From the NCBI GenBank assembly GCA_037441705.1, contig JBBIRR010000061.1:1-18973 (forward strand): a stretch of DNA of 18,973 nt, read 5' to 3'. Shown here piece after piece: positions 12,381 through 18,973 of the stretch. The notes below the pieces were generated by a model. The model saw nothing but the letters and a program-made list of their open reading frames with translations, ran no database searches and had not been told where the DNA came from. The DNA comes from Ignavibacteriales bacterium (lineage in GTDB: Bacteria; Bacteroidota; Ignavibacteria; UBA10030; UBA6906). Every line of letters starts with the position of its first letter. Position 1 is the stretch's first letter. A program made the position numbers and the translations under genes.

Positions 12381-13687
12381 CGTACCTGTGAAGTGGCGTC
12401 CATCGGCAGCATCCGCAGCGACGCTGCCAGCAGAAGAATCAGAAACCAGAGATTCATCGCCGTAAGCACGGGTCGCAGCAACTCCGGCATGGAAATGAGC
12501 GGATAGAGTGCCTGAAAATCCACCATCGACAGGGTTGCAAGCACGGTTATCGCGAGCATTCTCTTCACGCGCCGCCGTCCTTGCTCTTCAAACCATATCC
12601 CACGAAGCACGAACACGACCCCCGGCAAAAGAAGGATGAGATGATGTCGCCACGTGACCGGCGAAGCGACGAGCATGAGGATGAGATAGGGCAGAATGAA
12701 CGACGCGTCGTTTCGCGGCGTTTGTTTCTTTACCTGATGGAAGAGGATAACGGCAAACAGAAGAACGGCGGTCATCATTGTCAGCAAGCGAATAGCAGTG
12801 CCTTCGCCGGGCAGCAGGCGCATGAAGAAGCCTGCAAGTGAGAAGTTGGCGACAATACTCGGATGAAATCCTCCCTGCACATTGCGGGCGTAGCCCATGT
12901 TCGGAAGAAAGTCGAGAAACGCGCGCCACGAATTTTTGTCGGCGAGATCGAACGTAGCAAGCACGAGCAGAGCCGATCCTCCCCAAAACCCTCCCAACAC
13001 GTTCCATCGTTTGTTAACGAGGAACGGCACCAGCAGCAATGCGGGCGTCACTTTGATGAGCGTCGCGGCGGCGAGCGCCATCCCTGCAAGCACATCTCGT
13101 CTGATGTTGATCGAAAGAAAAATGCTTGCCGTGATCAAAATTAGAATCAGAAAGTTGATCTGCCCGAAGGCAAGATTCTCTCCGAACGGAAAGACCACAA
13201 CGCTCGCACACGTAATCAAACTTCCAACCGTCCAATAGCTGCCTCCGGAAACATCTGCCGAGCGAAAGGGAAGCGTTAGCATGATGAGCACACACGCACA
13301 ACTCACGCACAGCACCTGCACGGCGTCCCACAGGCGCTGGGCTGTTTGCGGCGAGAGTCGTGCCATCGGCTGAGCGACGATGGCAAAGAAGGGCGGATAG
13401 AGATACGGCAGCACGTGGTTGGCAACGCCATCTGCTGCGGCGAGACTATCCAACACACGCGCAGCGTAGATGTTCAGTCCGTGTGCCGATGCCTTAGCAG
13501 CATAGTAGAACGACGCGAAGTCCGTGCGCAGGAAAACCGTCCGTGATGAGTCCACGGACCCGCGGAACATCGCTGCATCCCGTTCGGGGTCGGGCCGGGG
13601 ACCGTTCCATAAACGAAACGTCAACAGAAGAGCGGAGCAGACGAAAACACCGACGGCGAGCAGTCGGGGGCGACTCAGTGATTTCAT
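12377..13687 (-). CDS. GT87/DUF2029 polytopic membrane glycosyltransferase (GT-C fold)
   Basis: 436 aa; TDFASFYYAA, YLYPPFFA, GQINFLIL, IKVTPALL, SPVTWRHH; many TM segments. Confidence 0.85.
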   Translation of the reverse strand: MKSLSRPRLLAVGVFVCSALLLTFRLWNGPRPDPERDAAMFRGSVDSSRTVFLRTDFASFYYAAKASAHGLNIYAARVLDSLAAADGVANHVLPYLYPPFFAIVAQPMARLSPQTAQRLWDAVQVLCVSCACVLIMLTLPFRSADVSGGSYWTVGSLITCASVVVFPFGENLAFGQINFLILILITASIFLSINIRRDVLAGMALAAATLIKVTPALLLVPFLVNKRWNVLGGFWGGSALLVLATFDLADKNSWRAFLDFLPNMGYARNVQGGFHPSIVANFSLAGFFMRLLPGEGTAIRLLTMMTAVLLFAVILFHQVKKQTPRNDASFILPYLILMLVASPVTWRHHLILLLPGVVFVLRGIWFEEQGRRRVKRMLAITVLATLSMVDFQALYPLISMPELLRPVLTAMNLWFLILLLAASLRMLPMDATSQVR

Positions 13688-13753
13688 CAGTCCGGCCCGG
13701 GTCTGATGACGTCAGGAAGAGCTGTCATACGACGGCGAGATGCGTTTCGAGTT

Positions 13754-14263
13754 CTATTTTGTCTTCACAAACTTCAGTGCGGCAGAGTTCATGCAGTAGC
13801 GCAGGCCGGTCGGTTTCGGACCGTCGTCGAACACGTGACCGAGATGCGCACCGCAGCGGGCACAGAGAACTTCCGTCCGCTCCATGAGGAAGCTGCGGTC
13901 GGTCTCCTCCTTTACATTTTCCTGTGCTATCGGTTGATAGAAGCTGGGCCAGCCCGTACCCGATTCATACTTTGTTTCCGAGCTGAACAAATCCGTGCCG
14001 CAGCAGACGCACTTGTACACGCCCGCCTCGTGATTGTCCCAGTACTCCCCCGTGAAGGCGCGCTCGGTTCCTTTCTTTCGGGTCACTTCAAACTGCAGAG
14101 GCGTGAGCTGCTTCTTCCACTCCTCTTCGCTTTTCACGACTTTGTCGGCCATGACATATCCTTTCTTCTCGACGGAGTAGAGTTTGATTTTTGGTCCGCC
14201 CGCTTCAAGCATCGCTGCCCCCAGCAAAAGCGCGACGACGACCGTTCCAAGCTTCCGATTCAT
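13754..14263 (-). CDS. msrB: Peptide-methionine (R)-S-oxide reductase with N-terminal signal peptide
   Basis: [12 protein letters not shown] and CARC Zn-type pairs, [27 protein letters not shown]; ATG 14263 preceded by AGGAGG; 169 aa. Confidence 0.95.
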   Translation of the reverse strand: MNRKLGTVVVALLLGAAMLEAGGPKIKLYSVEKKGYVMADKVVKSEEEWKKQLTPLQFEVTRKKGTERAFTGEYWDNHEAGVYKCVCCGTDLFSSETKYESGTGWPSFYQPIAQENVKEETDRSFLMERTEVLCARCGAHLGHVFDDGPKPTGLRYCMNSAALKFVKTK

Positions 14264-14358
14264 GCTTCTTCCTCCTGTGTTGAATGGCTCGATATCCAGA
14301 CGTAGCAGGATACAAACAAAGTGGATGGCAGAGTTCACGGAACGATAACATTTCCATT

Positions 14359-15372
14359 TCAACTTTCTGCTGCCCGTGATACATCAACGTTTCTGAGCAG
14401 CGCCGCGTTCTCTTCCGGAACTGAAGGGTTGATGAACATGCCGCTGCCCAACTCGAAACCAGCCGTTTTGACGACGCGGGGAATGATGGTAAGGTACCAG
14501 TGAAAGTAATCCGTTCGCCTGTCGCCGGTCGGAACCGAGCGGATGGAGTAGTTGAAGTCGGGGTTATCGAGCGCATGATACAGTCTGGCAAGGACGTTCT
14601 TCAACACGGCGGCGAAGTGTTCGATTTCGCTGTCGGTGATTTCGTCAAAGGAAGAGGCATGCCGCTTCGGGAAAATCCACATATGAAACGGTGAGAGCGC
14701 CGCGTACGGAATGAATGCCACGAAGTGATCGTTCTCCTCGATCACGCGCTCACGCGACGCAAGCTCGTCTGCAATCGTTCGGCAGAAGATGCATTCCCCC
14801 GTGTCATCGAAGTAGCGAATGGCTTCATCGACGCGGATGCGGAACTGATACGGCACGATCGGCGTTGCCGCAAGCTGCGAGTGCGGATGAACGAGCGAGG
14901 TTCCCGCCGCCTCGCCGTGATTCTTGAAAATGATGATTGCTTCGATGCGTTCATCCTGACGCAGCGTTTCGTACCGCTGACGATATGCCCTGATTACATC
15001 GGCAACATGAGCCACCGGCATCAGCGCAATGGTGGTATCGTGCCGCGGGTGTTCGATGATAACTTCCTGTACGCCCACCGCGGCCATCGAGCGGTACACG
15101 CCCGAAATTTTCCTCGTCCGCTCCCCTTCGGGTGTGAGCGCGGGAAACTTGTTCGGCACAACGCGAACTCTCCAGCCCTGCGCATCGCGTATGGCGAACG
15201 TCTCCTCCGCCGTCTGATGCTCGTTGCCGAGACAGAAGGGGCAGTGTGCGACGTACGCAGGCAGCGGGGGTCGGGACTTCCTGTCGGAGGCAAACTCATC
15301 CGGTCGGTCGCCCCGCCCCTTGGCGATGACAACCCAATCACGCGTGATGATGTTCTGCCGCAGTTCGTTCAT
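14359..15372 (-). CDS. galT: Galactose-1-phosphate uridylyltransferase family (GalT/HIT superfamily)
   Basis: 337 aa; [35 protein letters not shown] active site, [12 protein letters not shown]. Confidence 0.88.
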   Translation of the reverse strand: MNELRQNIITRDWVVIAKGRGDRPDEFASDRKSRPPLPAYVAHCPFCLGNEHQTAEETFAIRDAQGWRVRVVPNKFPALTPEGERTRKISGVYRSMAAVGVQEVIIEHPRHDTTIALMPVAHVADVIRAYRQRYETLRQDERIEAIIIFKNHGEAAGTSLVHPHSQLAATPIVPYQFRIRVDEAIRYFDDTGECIFCRTIADELASRERVIEENDHFVAFIPYAALSPFHMWIFPKRHASSFDEITDSEIEHFAAVLKNVLARLYHALDNPDFNYSIRSVPTGDRRTDYFHWYLTIIPRVVKTAGFELGSGMFINPSVPEENAALLRNVDVSRAAES

Positions 15373-15388
15373 GCAGGTCTCCCGACAC

Positions 15389-15748
15389 CTAAATCCGTGC
15401 AGGCGCCGCCACCGTCCGCTCGTCGACCACGTTGCCGGTGTTCAGCGTTGTGGCCGGTTCGAACAGCATCAGCCACACTTCTTCATCGGCAACGGGTTTG
15501 TGCTCAACGCCGCCTGGAACGACAAGCATCTCGCCTTCGTTCAGCACAACATTCCGATCGCGGAAGCAGATCGTAAGCCTTCCCCGCAGGACGTAGAACA
15601 ACTCGTCCTCCTGTTCATGATGATGCCAGATGAACTCACCCTTCACCTTCACCAGCTTCACAGCCTGTCCGTTCAGCTCGGCGACGATGTGCGGCTGCCA
15701 ATGCTCCGAGAACATATCGAGCTTGTGCATGAGGTTTATCTTGTCCAT
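15389..15748 (-). CDS. Cupin domain protein
   Basis: 119 aa; GEFIWHHHEQEDELFYV and GEMLVVPGGVEHKP cupin motifs; GGGAGAGA upstream of the ATG. Confidence 0.9.
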   Translation of the reverse strand: MDKINLMHKLDMFSEHWQPHIVAELNGQAVKLVKVKGEFIWHHHEQEDELFYVLRGRLTICFRDRNVVLNEGEMLVVPGGVEHKPVADEEVWLMLFEPATTLNTGNVVDERTVAAPARI

Positions 15749-15826
15749 GACTCTCTCCCGAAGTGAAGCCGCACGTTCCGGGGCTTGCCCGGTTTCGTCG
15801 TGAGCCGCAAACCGCGAACGCCGCGT

Positions 15827-16240
15827 CTACCCTTCCAATGTGGCGTCGAGGGTAATCTTGGCTGTCAATGATTTCGAGATGGGGCAGTTCGCTTTCGCCT
15901 CGTTGGCGCATTCGGCAAACTTCTCCGGCGAGATGCCAGGGACTTTGGCCTTGAGGTCGAGATGACTCTCGATGATCGCGCCCTGATCGAGGTTGACCGT
16001 GCAGGTCACGTTCAGGCTTTCGGGCGTGAAGCCCGCATTGCCGAGCACGAAGCTGAGCTTCATGGCAAAGCAGCCCGCATGCGCGGCCGCAACAAGCTCC
16101 TCGGGGTTCGTGCCGGCGCCCTGTTCGAACCGCGATGACCATGTGTAGGGTTGATCCTTCAACAGGCCGCTTTGCACGGTCATCGTTCCTTTGCCTTCCT
16201 TGCCTGATCCCTTCCACACAGCGGTCGCCCATCGTTTCAT
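15827..16240 (-). CDS. osmC: OsmC family peroxiredoxin
   Basis: 137 aa; AVWKGSGKEGKG, SRFE, GTNPEELVAAAHAGCF, AKANCPIS; AAAGGA RBS. Confidence 0.93.
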   Translation of the reverse strand: MKRWATAVWKGSGKEGKGTMTVQSGLLKDQPYTWSSRFEQGAGTNPEELVAAAHAGCFAMKLSFVLGNAGFTPESLNVTCTVNLDQGAIIESHLDLKAKVPGISPEKFAECANEAKANCPISKSLTAKITLDATLEG

Positions 16241-16326
16241 ACGTAATGTCCTTTCATGATTGGTTGGAGATGTTATGGATGTACAAAAAACAGAATTTGC
16301 CGCAGGGTTTCAAGACATGTCTGCTC

Positions 16327-16806
16327 TTAGAAGATATACGCTATCACAAAAATTCCGATCATCATGAAGACCAGGGCAAGCTTCGCAGCGATGCCCAACG
16401 CCAGCCCGAGCCAGGCACTCGCACCTGCCTTCCCCGCCTGCTTCAGATCTTTCCTCACCACCAACTCGCCGAGAAAGGCTCCGATAAACGGACCGAGAAT
16501 CACGCCCACAACTCCGAAGAACAATCCGACAAGAAGTCCAACAGCAGCGCCCAGGAGTGCAAGCCTGCTGGCGCCGACTCTTCTGGTTGCGACATTCGTT
16601 GTGTAGAAATCCACAAGAAAGGAAGCGAGCGTGAGAACACCAAGCACCGCGAGCGTTTGCCATCCTACTTTGTCGAAATTGTCGGCCCATGCGGCAAGCA
16701 GCAAGCCGACGAACACGGCCACAGTGCCCGGTACGGCGGGCACGACGACACCAACGATGCCCACCACAATGAGAATGATAGCAACAAGCCAGAGAATCGT
16801 CGTCAT
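16327..16806 (-). CDS. DUF456 (YqgC-like) membrane protein
   Basis: 159 aa from ATG 16806; GIVGVVVPAVPG, GASR, ILGPFIGAFLGEL; very hydrophobic. Confidence 0.85.
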   Translation of the reverse strand: MTTILWLVAIILIVVGIVGVVVPAVPGTVAVFVGLLLAAWADNFDKVGWQTLAVLGVLTLASFLVDFYTTNVATRRVGASRLALLGAAVGLLVGLFFGVVGVILGPFIGAFLGELVVRKDLKQAGKAGASAWLGLALGIAAKLALVFMMIGIFVIAYIF

Positions 16807-16843
16807 TGCGTCAGCGGTTCCACACGCGGAGAGGTTTTCACGT

Positions 16844-18577
16844 TCACAGCAGCACCGCCTTGCGCCACTTCCGAACCGAGTTGATGAGAAAGAGCTGCGA
16901 TGCCTTCCGCAATTCCTCGAGGGTAATGACCCGCTCACTGATGCGCCCTTCTTTCAACAGCACTTCTCGAAACGTCCCTGCCAGCAATCCGGACGATACG
17001 GGTGGAGTGTACAACGTTCCGTTGAGTTCAACGACAATGTTGGCAACCGTTGATTCGGTGATTTCCCCTCGTTCATTCCAGAGGATCACATCGTCGCATT
17101 CAGGGACGGAGGCAAGCGCGTCCTCGTAGGCTTTGCGATATGTAGTTTTATGATAAAGATATTGGTCGGATGAATTGACCGGCGCGGCGGCAACTCTCAC
17201 GCGCAGCGCTTCGGGTGTTGAAGTGTCCAGAGGTCGCATAACGAACGACGGCCGCCCGTCGCGATGAAGAACCACGCGGATGCGAACGTCGTCCGCAAAG
17301 GCCCGCACATCGGATTGGAGTCGCGTCAGCATCCTTGCCAGCTCCTCCTCATCAACAGGATAGTTGAAGTAGGCGGCAGATTCTCTGAGGCGTTTGAGAT
17401 GTTCCTCTAACAAGAAGAAGCCCTCCTGTTGCGTGAAGATCATAGTCTCCAGAAGTTCGAACTCGGGTCGAGCCTCCGTGAGGATGCGAGCCTTGGTGAG
17501 GCACTCTTCGTATTCACCATCCGGAGTTGAAGCCCAGACCACACCGCCGCCGACGCCGTACTCCGCAGTGCGCCTGTGGCGATCAATGAGGACTGTGCGA
17601 ATAGCCACGTTGAACTGCGCGCGCCGGTTCGGCGCGATGAATCCGATCGCCCCCGTGTACACCCGCCGCGGGGTGGATTCCAACTCGGCAACAATCTCCA
17701 TCGTTCGTGCTTTCGGGGCGCCCGTTACCGAAGCGCACGGAAATAATGCTCGCATGATATCGGTGACGGATGCCTCGGTTCGTGCCGCGACGGTCGAGGT
17801 CATTTGCCACACCGTCGGATAGCGCTCGACGTCGAACAGCGACGGTACAACAACGCTGCCGACGGCAGCAATACGGCCGAGGTCGTTCCTCATCATATCC
17901 ACAATCATCACGTTCTCGGCACGGTTTTTCTCGGAAGCGCGAAGCGAAGCTGCCTGCTGTTCGTCCTGCGCAAACGTCAACCCGCGGGGTGCGGTTCCTT
18001 TCATCGGGCGGGTGACGATGTTTTGGTCGTGAAGAGAAAAAAAAAGTTCCGGTGAAGCCGAGCAGACGGCAATGTCGTCGGTTTCAATGAAGGCCGCATG
18101 GCGCGACGGCTGGGCAGCAACGAGACGACGAAACAGCGCAAAAGGATCGTCGTGGAACGCCGCCGTCAGGCGAAAGCTGAAGTTCACCTGATAAGTGTCG
18201 CCTTCGGCGATGTAGTGTTTGATGCGCTCGATTGCCGTTCGATACTCGTCGCGCGAAACGTTGGGCTGCCAGAGTATCGGAACATCGGAAGGAACGGAGG
18301 AGGATAGGCTCACCGACGCGGGCCGCTCGAACAGAGCAAACCAGAGAAGCGGGCATACGGGGTCGGGTTGGTGCGTTGTCAATGCGGCGTCGAATGCCGG
18401 GGCCGCTTCGTAGCTGATGAAGCCGAGAGCAATCCCGCCTTGCCGTTGCACGATCTCTTCCACATACTGCAAGCCTTTTACCACATCCTCGGTACGCCGC
18501 ACGTCAACGATCTCCTTCAAGCGCTCACCGCAGATCCACTCATCGCGCTCAGCATCGTACATCACCGCTCCCGGCAT
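16844..18577 (-). CDS. pabB: Aminodeoxychorismate synthase component I fused to a class IV aminotransferase / ADC lyase (PabB-PabC)
   Basis: 577 aa; GDTYQVN, SPELFF, RPMKGT, KNRAENVMIVDMMRNDLGR, TGAPK, FNVAIRT; C-terminal YHKTT, ESTVAN, LLAGTFR, INSVR. Confidence 0.92.
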   Translation of the reverse strand: MPGAVMYDAERDEWICGERLKEIVDVRRTEDVVKGLQYVEEIVQRQGGIALGFISYEAAPAFDAALTTHQPDPVCPLLWFALFERPASVSLSSSVPSDVPILWQPNVSRDEYRTAIERIKHYIAEGDTYQVNFSFRLTAAFHDDPFALFRRLVAAQPSRHAAFIETDDIAVCSASPELFFSLHDQNIVTRPMKGTAPRGLTFAQDEQQAASLRASEKNRAENVMIVDMMRNDLGRIAAVGSVVVPSLFDVERYPTVWQMTSTVAARTEASVTDIMRALFPCASVTGAPKARTMEIVAELESTPRRVYTGAIGFIAPNRRAQFNVAIRTVLIDRHRRTAEYGVGGGVVWASTPDGEYEECLTKARILTEARPEFELLETMIFTQQEGFFLLEEHLKRLRESAAYFNYPVDEEELARMLTRLQSDVRAFADDVRIRVVLHRDGRPSFVMRPLDTSTPEALRVRVAAAPVNSSDQYLYHKTTYRKAYEDALASVPECDDVILWNERGEITESTVANIVVELNGTLYTPPVSSGLLAGTFREVLLKEGRISERVITLEELRKASQLFLINSVRKWRKAVLL

Positions 18578-18578
18578 A

Positions 18579-18950
18579 TCATCCTTTCACGTACGAATAC
18601 TTCTCGGCGATCTTCCCATCCCGCACACGAAATACATCTACACCGCGCAGATGCCACGGCTTGCCGTCTTTCGTTTTGTGGTACACCCAGCGTACAACAC
18701 AGCGGTCGGCGACGGCAAACATCTCTTCGCACGCAAAATACGCATCGGGATACGCGGCGAAAAACTTCTCCCACACCGCGCGCACTGCAGCCTGTCCCTC
18801 GAAGCGCTGACCATCGGGCGGCGGGTATGTGGACTCGAACACGCAATCCTCCGTCATCGCTTCCATCACGGCATCAACGTCGTGACGGTTGAAGGCGTCG
18901 TTGAAGCGCTGAACGGCCTCAAGCGTTGAATCGGAATTGGTGATCATCAT
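18579..18950 (-). CDS. SnoaL-like / NTF2 family protein
   Basis: 123 aa; FNDAFNRHDVDAVMEAMTEDCVF, GQAAVRAVW, GVDVFRVRDGKIAEK; GGGAGG RBS. Confidence 0.88.
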   Translation of the reverse strand: MMITNSDSTLEAVQRFNDAFNRHDVDAVMEAMTEDCVFESTYPPPDGQRFEGQAAVRAVWEKFFAAYPDAYFACEEMFAVADRCVVRWVYHKTKDGKPWHLRGVDVFRVRDGKIAEKYSYVKG

Positions 18951-18973
18951 AGATACCCCTCCCGTGAAATTTG

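Noticed and set aside
13685-13708. Hairpin CATCAG...CTGATG covering the GT87 start codon
   Set aside because: A short imperfect stem, readily expected by chance at this GC content.
18037-18045. A9 homopolymer in pabB as a phase-variation tract
   Set aside because: It is in frame and encodes the conserved ELFFS motif (CTT TTT TTT TCT) in a housekeeping gene, with no sign of a frameshift.

Overview
Bacterial, GC-rich chromosomal window; an FCB-group origin (Ignavibacteria/Bacteroidota-like) is only my impression and cannot be proven from the sequence. Bases 1-1365 are non-coding and form a dense, nested mosaic of palindromic repeats (CGTC-type and GTAG-type REP-like hairpins, GTA-triloop hairpins) and 7-bp tandem arrays, with no mobilising gene in view. 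A PhoP/PhoB-PhoR-like two-component pair (minus strand) is divergent from a two-gene plus-strand unit: a 162-aa hypothetical protein and a B-family DNA polymerase with archaeal PolB2-type signatures (HAIVDC instead of YGDTDS, decayed exonuclease motifs). The rest (6625-18950) is all minus strand. In transcription order it encodes a SnoaL/NTF2 protein, a PabB-PabC fusion, DUF456, OsmC, a cupin, GalT, an exported MsrB and a GT87 glycosyltransferase, then a tightly packed run: PduO-type adenosyltransferase, membrane M28 peptidase, orphan beta-class DNA methyltransferase, ABC ATPase and ABC-2 permease. I saw no rRNA, tRNA, CRISPR array, transposase or integrase. The best candidates for new biology are the PolB2-like polymerase with an atypical neighbour and the multi-family repeat field.
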